Origin: Octopus vulgaris | Taxonomy: Eukaryota | Assembly: GCA_951406725.2 (NCBI GenBank) | Contig: OX597836.1 | Coordinates: forward strand, 9,362,001-9,426,000 | DNA length: 64,000 bases | Reading direction: 5' to 3' | Shown here: piece by piece, positions 1-64,000 of the stretch | How positions within the stretch are numbered: position 1 is the first letter of the stretch | Layout of the letters: each line of letters starts with the position of its first letter | The notes under the pieces: model-generated | What the model was told of the DNA's origin: nothing | What the model saw: the letters and a program-made list of their open reading frames with translations, nothing else | Databases searched by the model: none | Made by a program: the position numbers and the translations under genes

Positions 1-21
1 TCTATCTGTCTGTCTGCCTGC

Positions 22-65
<44 letters not shown>

Positions 66-362
66 ATCTCTTTGTTTCTGTCCGTCTGTCTATATGTGTG
101 TGTGCATGTCTATCCCATCCTTTCTCTCTGTATGTGCACATTTCTGCGTGCATACATATGTACATGTGTGTGTGTGCGTGTATGCCAAGAAATACTAGTG
201 CCGTAAAATACCATCTCCAAAATCAGTTCCGTATCCAGCCAGCCATGCCAAACCATCAGCATTCACACAACCACCACAACCACACTCGTTCAACCCCGTT
301 CCACCCTTAACTCATGCATGGATATATCTGGGTAGAAACAATTTGGATTGTAAAGTAATGCC

Positions 363-745
363 AGTGGCTGTGTGGTAAGTAGCTTTCTAACCAACCACAT
401 GGTTCCGAGTTCAGTCCCACTGCGTGGCATCTTGGGCAAGTGTCTTCTACTATAGCCTCGGGCCGACCAAAGCCTTGTGAGTGGATTTGGTAGACGGAAA
501 CTGAAAGAAGCCCGTCGTATATATGTATATGCGTGTGTGTGTCTGTGTTTGTCCCCCTAGCATTGCTTGACAACCGATGCTGGTGTGTTTACGTCCCTGT
601 CACTTAGTGGTTTGGCAAAAGAGACTGATAGAATAAGTACTGGGCTTACAAAAGAATAAGTCCCAGGGTCGAGTTGCTCGATTAAAGGCGGTGCTCCAGC
701 ATGGCCGCAATCAAATGACTGAAACAAGTAAAAGAGTAAAGAGTA
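363..745 (+). mobile_element. tRNA-headed SINE family A (CORE-like segment, internal TA/TG microsatellite, AGAGTAAA tail)
   Basis: A box TGGCTGTGTGG, B box GAGTTCAGTCCC, CTTGGGCAAGT CORE-like motif; more than 15 similar copies in the window. Confidence 0.85.
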
Positions 746-794
746 TGGGTGTTTCATTCCCTGAAGCTTTCAATCTTCTCGTCTCCTCCACCAG

Positions 795-54402
<53,608 letters not shown>

Positions 54403-54547
54403 CTTTCTGGACCACCTTCGCACTCATGAGTTGCTCAACCGCCCGGTGCAGCGACTCGTATGAAATGTGCTTATCTAACTGTATATTTCTTCTTTCTGTA
54501 TTTTAATTCTTATTTTTAATGTGGAGTCACTGTTTGTTGAGAGTAAA

Positions 54548-54553
54548 AATAAA
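54548..54553 (+). promoter_or_regulatory. Polyadenylation signal AATAAA of the CEP350-like gene
   Basis: Canonical hexamer about 145 nt after the stop, with U-rich sequence upstream and downstream. Confidence 0.6.
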
Positions 54554-54589
54554 GTATTTTTTACAATAAGTCTTTAATTTATATATGTA

Positions 54590-54890
54590 CTAGCAGTATC
54601 GCCCGGTGTTGCTCGGGTTTGTAAGGGAAATAACTATATAAGCATTTTTAGAGAGTTACTTCCCTTATATAAACCGAGCAAAAAATGCATTAAAAAAACG
54701 AAAAAATGATGGTAAATTTTATTTTAAATCGTAGTCTCATCGTAGATGCGCGCTAATACCCAGAAGGGCTTGCTATGATTCATGACTATAAGATATCCGC
54801 TTTTGGTTAAACTGCACCGCAAAATGTGGGAGTAGTTAGGAATCTAAATCGGAGGAGACAGACTCTCACACAACTTCAGTTTTATATACA
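54590..54890 (-). mobile_element. Non-autonomous Helitron sharing its 3' end with 37533-37909
   Basis: CTAGCAGTATCGCCCGGTGTTGCTCGGG is the reverse complement of the 37880-37909 terminus; the 5' boundary is approximate. Confidence 0.75.
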
Positions 54891-54910
54891 TCATCATCAT
54901 CATCATTAGA

Positions 54911-55166
54911 TAGACAAAAAGGGATAACAAAGCCAAGGCTGCGAGTTTTCAGGACATTTATAAGGAAAGACATATAGATATAATCTTACAGCTGTTTCTG
55001 GGTTATTATGGATATCTCTTCATCAGAGACGATGGGAGATGATTAAATAGATTAAGGGATATCCATAATAACCCAGAAACAGCTGTAAGATTATATCTAT
55101 ATCTCTTTCCTTATAAATATCCTGAAAACTCTTCACAGCCTTGGCTTTGTTATCTCTTTTTGTCTA
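54911..55166. repeat. Inverted repeat (arms 54911-55016 and 55058-55166) overlapping a hammerhead motif
   Basis: Arms are reverse complements by direct reading; a related inverted repeat lies at about 55955-56177. Confidence 0.8.
54983..55030 (-). ncRNA. Minimal hammerhead ribozyme motif, Penelope type
   Basis: gtct-CTGATGA-(weak stem II)-GAAA-c-agct-g-TA-agat: intact core, palindromic stem III and GUA cleavage triplet. Confidence 0.6.
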
Positions 55167-56214
55167 AGATATATATAAATACAAGCTAGTACAAGACCCA
55201 CATTAAACTCCTCACTCGTATCACAATCTAACCAAGAGTTTAAATATGGTCTGTCCATAGCACCTACTTAGCGTTACCTAACACTCCTTGGATCTTCTAG
55301 ATACCAATACCTTATCTATATATATATATATAGGGAGAGTTCACGAAAAAAACAAAAGACAAAGACAGGTGGTGTACAAAACAAACAGATGTATTAGTAT
55401 AACGCTCAGGAATAGAAAAAGTCTTTTACATTTCGAGCCTATGCTCTTCTACAGAAAGGGACACAGAAAAAAACAAGGAGAGAAAAAAAATTGTAGTAGC
55501 TACCGATCTATCATGGCAACTGCCGGACAGGAGGGTCACACAGGAGAGCGAAGAAGTAGGGGAGATAACAAAGTAAAGATGACCCCCCCCACAACGAAGG
55601 TGCGTGTGTGTATAAGAGAGTACGTATGTGTGTGTGAAAGAGGGCTGGTGGTCTGGATGTGTGTAGGTGTGAAAATGTGGGGATGGGAATTGGTCAGTGC
55701 TGGTGTGTGGGTGGTGTGTTGTGATGTGATGTGTAATGTTGTATGGTGTAGTGTGGTGTGGTGCAATGTTGGGAGGTGGGGAAAGCATGGGTGGGGTATA
55801 TATATATATATATAGACAGAGAGGTAATGGTGTCATTGAGACCCAAATGTGTCGGGTAATGCTGAATAAGTGCTATAGATAGACCATAGTTAAGTTCCAG
55901 ATTCGGTAATATTGCGAATAAAGGGGTTCAATGTTGGTCATATGTGTATATAAAAATTTTTTTTTGTAATGAGATAGAAAAGCCAAGGCTGTGTAGATTT
56001 TAGAACATTTATAGACAGAAGGTCTTTAGATAAATTAACTATTATTTAACCATCCTCTCACACCGTCTTCAATGAAGGGATATAATAAATATCCTGGAAA
56101 CAGCTGTAAGACCTGTCTATAAATGTTCTAAAATCTACACAGCCTTCATTTTTCTATCTCATTTCGAAAAAAAATTTACATATATATATATATATATATA
56201 GTTATAGTAAGCAG

Positions 56215-57618
56215 AAAGGCGAACTCAGCACACACCCCATCGGGCAGGTAGCCCTGATCGATCTGTCGGAAAGGCGTAGGTAGAAACTCCATAAGATGCA
56301 CCCAGTGTAAGCTATGGACGCATAAGAGGTGCAGCAACATCAAAGGGAAATTAACTGATAAGATAGCTTTCATGTGCGGCAGATGCACAGGGACAATGGA
56401 CACCACAAATACTCAGAAAACAAATTCCATCACACTCCAGGGGGAGAAACTAGAAAGAGTCGATAGTTTCCGCTACCTGGGTGACCAAGTTAGTAGTGGA
56501 GGTAGATGCTCAGAGAGTGTCACCACTAGAATACGAATAGCCTGGGCAAAGTTTAGAAAGCTCCTACCCCTACTGGCGACAAAGGGTCTCTCACTTAGAG
56601 TGAAAGGTAGATTGTATGATGCATGTATGCGAACTGCCATGCTTCACGGTAGTAAAACATGGGCTGTGACTGCAGAGGACATGCGTAGACTTGAAAGAAA
56701 TGAAGCTAGCATGATCCGCTGGATGTGTAATGTCAGTGTGCACACACGACAGTGTAAGCACCCTGAGAGAAATGCTGGACATAAGAAGCATCAGATGTGG
56801 TGTGCAAGAGCGACGCTTGCGATGGTATGGTCATGTACTGCGGATGGATGAAGAGAGATGTGTGAAGAAGTGCCACTCCCAAACAGTTGAAGGTATCAGG
56901 GGGAGAGGTAGACCCAGGAAGACATGGGATGAGGTAGTCAAGCATGACCTCCGAGCGTTGGGCCTCACTGAGGCAATGGCGAAGGACCAAGATCTCTGGA
57001 GATATGCTGTAACTGCAAAGACCCGGGCTGCTTCCGGCACCAGTTCCGCATAGCCCCTGCCCATTCAAAGTACCTTGGATTCCAGAACATCCCGCTGTGC
57101 TTGAGGAGACCTGTTGAGTCAAGTACATGAAAATCAAAATAAATATCAATGGAAATAGTAGTTGTGATACCTGTGCTGGTAGCACATAAAAAGCACCATC
57201 CGAACGTGGCCGTTGCCAGCGCCGCCTCGACTGGCTTCTGTGCCGGTGGCACATAAAAAGCACCATCCGAAAGTGGCCGATGCCAGCGCTGCCTCGACTG
57301 GCTCCAGTGCCGGTGGCACATAAAAAGCACCATCCAAACGTGGCTGATGCCAGCGCCGCCTAGGCTGGTTTCCGTGCCGGTGGCACGTTAAAAGCACCAA
57401 CCGATCGTGGCCGATGCCGGAGCTCCCCGGCACCTGTGCCGGTGGCACGTAAAAAGCACTCACTACACTCGCGGAATGGTTGGCGTTTGGAAGGGCATCC
57501 AGCTGTAGAAACTCTGCCAGATCAGACTGGAGCCTGGTGCAGCCCCTGGCTTCTCAGACCCAGGTCGAACCGTCCAACCCGTGCTAGCGCGGAAAACGGA
57601 CGTTAAACGATGATGATG
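56215..57618 (+). mobile_element. 5'-truncated RTE-type LINE (post-RT region, frameshifted) with a repeat-bearing 3' UTR and (GAT)n tail
   Basis: LERVDSFRYLG, KGRLYDACMRTAMLHGSKTW, RRLRWYGHVLR and GRGRPRKTW motifs; Cys/His cluster upstream; frameshift near 56750. Confidence 0.85.
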
Positions 57619-58201
57619 ACAACTGTAACAAGAATCTCAAAATATTTTATGGATTGCTAACAATTAATGTCACTGTGAAATAAATAAATTTGTACTAGTG
57701 GCTCGGCTGTTTGCCTAGCTCTTCATAAACATAAGTGATCATAGATGGTGGTGTAATTTCAAACCGCATGCTTATCTAAGAAAATTGATCCTTCTTCCTG
57801 TGTTGAACTGTATTGAAACTATTTGTGGGGAAGAAATAGAATGTGTGTTTTTCTGAAAATAACCCCTCCTTCCTTTACTTGATCTTTATATATACATTCC
57901 ACCTCCACTATGTTATATTGTTACACGGATTCATCGTCGAAAGTAACCTGAGAGGAAAATCAACATTCTCATAATCACATGGTTTTGTCTTCCCCAGACC
58001 GAAACCATTGGCGCTTTGTGATTGAATTACTTTGCTGAAGGAACACTCAGACAGTTCAATAACCAATCAGAGAAGCAGATGCAGAACAATTTAAATTAAT
58101 CCACAGGACATTTGTAAAGCTTCAACATGTATTTTCCCCAACTACCCCCTTCAACAACAAAAACTGCTACAGCAACAATAGCAGCAGCAACAACAACATG
58201 A

Positions 58202-58365
58202 GTGGAGACACAATGGCCCAGTGGTTAGGGCAGCGGACTCACGGTCATAAGAACGCAGTTTCGATTCCCAGACCAGGCATTGTGAGTGTTTATTGAGCAA
58301 AAGCACCTAAGCTCCACGAGGTTCCGGCGGGTGGGTTGAACCTCCGTTGTACTCTTTTACCACAA
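58202..58365 (+). mobile_element. SINE family D 5' fragment
   Basis: Head similar to 10278 and 45920; a tail like that of 45920 lies inverted at about 58546-58730. Confidence 0.7.
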
Positions 58366-59494
58366 GAAGAAGAAGAAGTAGAAGACATGACCAGCAGCCA
58401 CAGTCACTCCTCAATCCTGGCCTCAATTAATGACCCTTTAAATTCCACAATTAGCAGCCCTTCACATTCCTCATTCCTCTCCAAATGCCACAATTAATCT
58501 ATTGTCATTATTGCTATCTTTCTCTACTGCTGCTACTATAACTAAGGAGCACTCCATCGGTTATGATGACGAGGGTCCCAACTGATGCGATCAATGGAAC
58601 AGCTTACTCGTGAAATTAATGTGCAAGCGGCTGAGCACACCACAGACGCGTGTACCCTTAATGTAGTTCTCAGGCAGATTCAGTGTGACACACGGTGTGA
58701 CAAGGCCAGCTCTTTGAAATACAGGTACTACTGTAAAGTGTCTTGCTCAAGGACACAACCTGTCACTAGGAATTGAACTCACGACTTTACAATCATGAAC
58801 CAAATGCCCTAACCACCAAGACACACGCTTTCACACTACAGCTAAACTAGACAATCAACAACCATGGCCACTCCTCTAGACTAGCAGAATTGATTCTTTA
58901 CAAACATGTCGATAGCAGAACATATCACTAGGATGTGAGAATTTGTATCACGTTGGATATGGGTCAGATCTCTCTTTGATAATTAAATCGTAACATAACA
59001 ATTAAAAGTAAAAATAGCAATTGGTACAAAATTACAACAATGACTTGAACTTGAACAAGTGGTTTCACATGAATGGGAATAAATAAAAAATAAAATTTAA
59101 GTGCAGAAATGGAATAGTCCAGATGGAGCTGTGCACATACCCTTTACCACGGCTTTTACATTAGATTATCTGCTAATTAGCTAGCATTAAGTATCTATAT
59201 GAAGTTTGGCTGTATGTAATGTCTGTTTTCTCGAACAGCCGCTTCAACTGAGTACTGCTTTTTGATTCAACATAAGGTTTGTTGCTATTATTATTACTGT
59301 TTAACTATTGTTATCACGTTTGTTGTTTCCTCATAAGGGAAGCGTTGTTGTGTTGCATTTGTTAAATAATTGTAAACCGTAACCCTCCCCCTTTGGGAGA
59401 AGGAGCTTTGGTTATTGTTTAAAAATTGAATCGTGTCCCTGTTTGGGGAAATTGACAATATTTTCACCGTTTATATGGAAGCATTTTTGTTAAA

Positions 59495-59990
59495 ATGTCT
59501 TCAATAGAAGAAAGTCCAAAAATGAATTTTGCTGCAGCCGTCAGTGGGCGCGAACTCATTAAAATTAAAATGGAAGAAATACAAACCTATTTCGGATTGA
59601 TCACCGACAAAGACTGTGAATCTAGGATAACACCACCAAACGAAATAAAAAATAAAATTAAAGAAAAGACTATTGTCTATAAAGTATACAATGTAGAGAA
59701 GAAAAAAAGATTTGAACACCTGGAGGAAAGCACCATTGAAAAGTGTCTTGGAGCAACTATGAAAGATATCAAGTATCTAACCAGAGACGGTAAATTCACC
59801 ACAGTAGAAGCAAGGTTCGAGTCAACGGAGCGTGCAAGGGAGTACTTGACTTGAACTTTGCAAAGTGGAAATATTTTATTTTTACCTTAAAATTAAAAAT
59901 GTCCCCCCAGAAGTAGAGGTAGGCTGGATTGTAGCCACACTTCTATACAAGAGGGAGGACAAGATACAATTGATCGAAATTGCAAGAGAC
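59495..59990 (+). mobile_element. Possible degraded ORF1 (gag-like) of an L1/Tx1-type retrotransposon
   Basis: 119-aa Lys/Glu-rich ORF starting MSS..NFAAAV, a start motif common in ORF1 proteins; breaks up downstream; no diagnostic zinc knuckle seen. Confidence 0.35.
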
Positions 59991-60039
59991 AGGCCTACAA
60001 TTCCAGTCTGTTATATATTTTGAGTATTGTTATCACTTA

Positions 60040-60730
60040 TCTGCTTCCCCTCCGGCTAAATAAACCTGTCTCCTAGCTTCCCTTCTGGTAGTCTAATACA
60101 ATTCCCTACTACCACCGGTCTTCCAGTCCATCCATGCCTGTTTCTTTTCCCTAATGGCCCTGTCAACTACATTGTTCCACCACAACGTTACCTTGGGTTG
60201 AGAGGAGACTTTGCACCATCCACGGATCTGGTCAGTGGCCCGCAACAGGTTGTCCCACAGAAACCTCCAATAGTCTTCCCCATCATGTGCTGCTATATCC
60301 CCTTCCATTTCATCAAAAGCTTTGAGTAATACGTCTCTAAATCTCAGTCCATTTGCAGGATCCTTAAGCTTCCTGGCCCTTCTCTTCCATACTGGTCACC
60401 TTCTGGGCATCCATTTAGCTCTGATCTTGAAGTTGCTATCTACTAATCTATGTTGTGGGGTGCATTCTTCACCTGGGAAGGTTTTGGCATTTATAAGTAG
60501 CCATCTTTCCATTTCCTGGTGAGGATGTAGTCTATTTGACTAGTGTGTCTCGCAGGTTTCCTGAACTTAGTGTTACAAACCATAAGATCATTTGCATCAC
60601 TGAACTCCAGCAGCCTGGTTCCCTCCTCATTGCAGGAACCAAAACCATGGCCTCCATGTACACCATGGAAGCCCCCTGCAAGTTGTCCAACATGCCCATT
60701 GAAGTCACCAGCCACAGAGAGGAGGTCCAG
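60040..60730 (-). mobile_element. RTE-type LINE fragment, AP-endonuclease region, disrupted
   Basis: [32 protein letters not shown] and downstream WWN motifs. Confidence 0.85.
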
Positions 60731-60734
60731 GGTA

Positions 60735-60953
60735 TGATTGATTGATTGATTGATTGATAGATTGATTGATTGATCAAGACAGACAGATAGATAGATAGAT
60801 AGATTGATTGAGATAGATAGATAGATAGATAAATAGACAGACAGACAGATAGGTAGGTAGATAGATAGACAGACAGACAGATAGATAGATAGATTGATAG
60901 ATAAACAGATAGATAGATAGATAGATTGAGATAGATAGATAGATAAATAGATG
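60735..60953. repeat. (GATT/GATA/GACA)n tetranucleotide tract
   Basis: Direct reading. Confidence 0.95.
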
Positions 60954-61254
60954 ATTTTAATGCAGTCAAATGTATGTCCTGTCATTGAGTGATATATGAT
61001 CGTGCACAGACACATGACACTAATGTTTACAATGGGAAGATATTGTTTTTCTAGTTTTTATGCATGTTGTGAACTTCCATGACATGTTTCATTGCTGTTT
61101 GAAGGGAAAGAGAGGCAGTAAAGAGAGTTATCAACCGAAAAACTTTCATGATGAAGAAATGCTTGACAAGTACCAACATTTGCTCAGTAAGTTAATATAT
61201 ATTTTCAGAGTTTTCGCATGCTCAACACACACACACACACACACACATGCACGA

Positions 61255-61315
<61 letters not shown>

Positions 61316-61857
61316 ATCGTTAAGGAAATATATTCAATGTGTATACAATATACTGTATTTCTAATAAGTGCCCTTTAATAAGAGCAATTATTATATATTA
61401 TATTATAAAATATGAGCAGGAAAATTACATCAAAAAATCATCATAGAAGATATAATAATATTGTATTAATATCAGGTCAACCCATAAGTTCTGTCCGAAT
61501 TTTGAATGAAGAAAACAAGTGATCAAATGTTATATTTAATTTTCCTTTTATAGTTGTATATACAAGACTGGATGATGTCATTGTTATACTTTATGCAAAT
61601 ATAAAAATAGCCGTTTACTGACCCAATATAGAGTAAATTAATGTAATATTTAAATTATTATATTTAAAATCAATTTATTGTACTTTAGAGGTGTACAGGT
61701 TCAAATTTCATGAAGACATATTTCTGGCATTCATCTAATGGATAATTTATACTATGTGAATATGTGTATACTCAAAATAATTCAAATTCAGTTTTCATTT
61801 TTCTTACTTGTAACAATCCTACTGTTATGATGATACCACGATGTGAAAAATAAGATA

Positions 61858-64000
61858 TTAATGTGAATTTTTACTTGATCTCTTATAGTGTTTAAAAGTT
61901 TTATAAAACCTATGTCTACATGTGGATAACGCTTCTGATTGGCAATTAATTAAATTATTTTGTTTATATAATAATATGTGTAACAATTCTTTTGTACAAA
62001 GACGGCAGATAGAAGACATATGTGTATATGGTGGAGCTGAGTCTATGACCGACCAGGATAATTTATAGCTAACATTTTTTTGTTTGAGTTTATGTATATA
62101 TGTCGCCAATGAAGTAGTGTTACTCGTTATATTCGGGTTAAATGAATGTATATGTGCTAAAGACCTTCGTTTAAAGTTAATAGGGCTCCCTATATATATA
62201 CCACATTGTATGAGTTATTAGTTTTTGTAACAGTGCACTTATATATCACGTTGAACAGCTACATTTGCCTTCTAAAGGACATAATTTTTTTTTATTTTTA
62301 CATGTGCAATATTTAGTTGTATATTTCTTTTCTGTGGTATAATATTTAATACTGTTATGATTATTTGTTATGGTGTGTGGTGTTATATTTGAATTTGTTG
62401 GGGAACCATTTATAATAGAATCAAGTATATTTACAGTTTGTGTGTTATTGTTATTAGATTGTGGCACTGGATTACCCAAATCATATTGTATATTTTGAGA
62501 TGTATGATTATTGGAATTTTGAGATTTTGTTAATGTTATAGTATTGCTATGTATTCTCGTAATGATATCTATTGAACTAGTATTATGTTGAGTATTATTT
62601 GGTATTCAGGACTAGTGTCTGTTTCATTACTAGTATTATTGTTGTTATTATTATTTCTTAAACTATTTTTATGTTTATTAAGTTTTCGTCTATTAGAGCT
62701 GGTGATAATTGATCCTATGTTCGGCAATGTAGAAAAAGATATTTTCATTGTTGATCTATTTAAAATATGGTGATACTTATAATTATTAGGAAAGCTATTT
62801 TTGACTATGTTTAGAAATTGTTTTGCTAATCCTTTAACATTTTTTGAAAATGGGGGTGTGTACCAAATTATTTCCCTATTTTCACTGCTACTACGTAAAT
62901 TATCATAGTTATATACTGATTTTGGAATTTGCAAAGTATTTCCTGAATGTTTTTTGTTATTACTATATTTGATTCTATGTCTAATATAACATTTTCTAAG
63001 TTTTTTGTCATGTTTTACAGAGGTTTCATCTTTTTGTATTGATTGAATATTATTATTATTAGAGGTAAGGTTAGCTGTATTTCTTAGTTTAGTATTATGT
63101 GTAGTTTGGTTTCGTTCCATTTGTGTTATATAAATCTTAAGTTTTGTGTCTTTTATATATTTAATATTTTGTTTAAATCCACCTGCACCTAAAGCTTGCT
63201 TATAATAGCTTGCATGATTATTGAATATTTCTTCATTATAGGCTAGATCTGAGATTCTAATAGATATACTATTTACAATGCTATTAAGTAATGATACATG
63301 ATGGTTAGAATGAATGTTTATATATTTGAGGTATTCATTAGGTTTATGGAAAGGAGAATAAGTAGAGGTATTTAGGTCCAGAGTTACGTCTAAGAAATTT
63401 ACTTTACAATAGCTTTTTTCAAAGGTAATAGATAAACCAAAGGTTTTATAAAATTTACGCAGTTCTTCCCTCATTTTCCCTATTTTTCTTTTAGATCAGC
63501 CATTATATACCAGGATAGTGTCGTCTCTATATAATCTTCCTTTGAGAGAAGGGAAACATCGTCTGATCTTTTGTAATAGATATAAGCCTACCAAGTCAGT
63601 AATTTGTGCAGAATCAGAGGATCCCATGGTGATAGCAAATAAATTATTATTTGCAGCATGGCACCATAATTTAGCATTAAATTTGATAAGTGTTTTTATA
63701 GCTAGTAGTATTATATCAATTTCAAGTGGTGTAATATCAGAGAGACTTCTAGCTAAAATTATAGCTTTATTTAATATAATCGGTAGTATAGATGCATAAT
63801 AGCTATTAATGTCAAATTGTAAGGACAAGTTGGCCTTATTTGGTAGTAAATGAGAACCAAGTTATAACTTCTCCTGTGCTAAACGAAAGGTTACAATTGA
63901 GTTTTTTCTTCACTATAGGTATAATTCTGTCAAATATATTTTGACTGATTCTGGCAACGTCCGACTTGTTTGAACAAATTAATCTTATAGTCGAATTAAT
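61858..64000 (-). mobile_element. Degraded Penelope-like element (RT plus GIY-YIG-type C-terminus), continuing beyond the window
   Basis: FDINSYYASI, MGSSDSAQITDLVG, LYRDD, VNFLDVTLDL, IIWYTPPFS and CRLCTKE motifs across several broken ORFs. Confidence 0.88.

Noticed and set aside
307-573. Recurrent ORFs such as YDGLLSVSVYQIHSQGFGRPEAIVEDTCPRCHAVGLNPEPCGW
   Set aside because: Chance frames of SINE family A repeated in each copy, not a gene family.
54426-54464. SECIS element in the 3' UTR (ATGA...AA...GA)
   Set aside because: The ATGA-to-AA spacing is too short, the ATGA is Watson-Crick paired instead of forming a GA quartet, and the CDS has no in-frame TGA.
61690-61740. Hammerhead at the 3' end of the 62-64 kb Penelope element
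   Set aside because: Only AGATGA and GAAA words are visible, without convincing stems.

Overview
Eukaryotic, repeat-rich genomic DNA. The SINE/LINE/Penelope/Helitron content and the dense (TA)n, (CA)n, (ATT)n and (CAT)n tracts suggest an octopus or other coleoid cephalopod; this is an inference. The window holds the 3' part of one + strand gene, a CEP350/CAP350-like centrosomal protein. I traced 17 GT-AG exons by hand from 795 to the stop codon at 54402; every junction is phase-compatible, giving 5724 nt and about 1907 aa. The 5' exons lie upstream of the window and an AATAAA sits at 54548. Introns and the 3' flank contain at least four tRNA-headed SINE families, many 3' tails of an RTE-type LINE, RTE/CR1/Penelope relics, non-autonomous Helitrons, and mariner, hAT and piggyBac-like MITEs. 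Most ORFs in the supplied track are microsatellite or SINE artefacts. Best leads: (i) several Penelope-type minimal hammerhead ribozyme motifs, one of them joined to a tRNA-like Pol III head (candidate Penelope-mobilised SINE); (ii) apparent absence of the CAP-Gly domain, with a 13-aa coding repeat roughly where it would be expected; (iii) a CpG-rich intronic island that could be an in-frame alternative first or cassette exon; (iv) a duplicated acceptor giving a possible mutually exclusive micro-exon; (v) a consensus RFX X-box in an intron. No prokaryotic system or CRISPR array is present. Vertebrate CEP350 sequences quoted here are recalled from memory, not searched.
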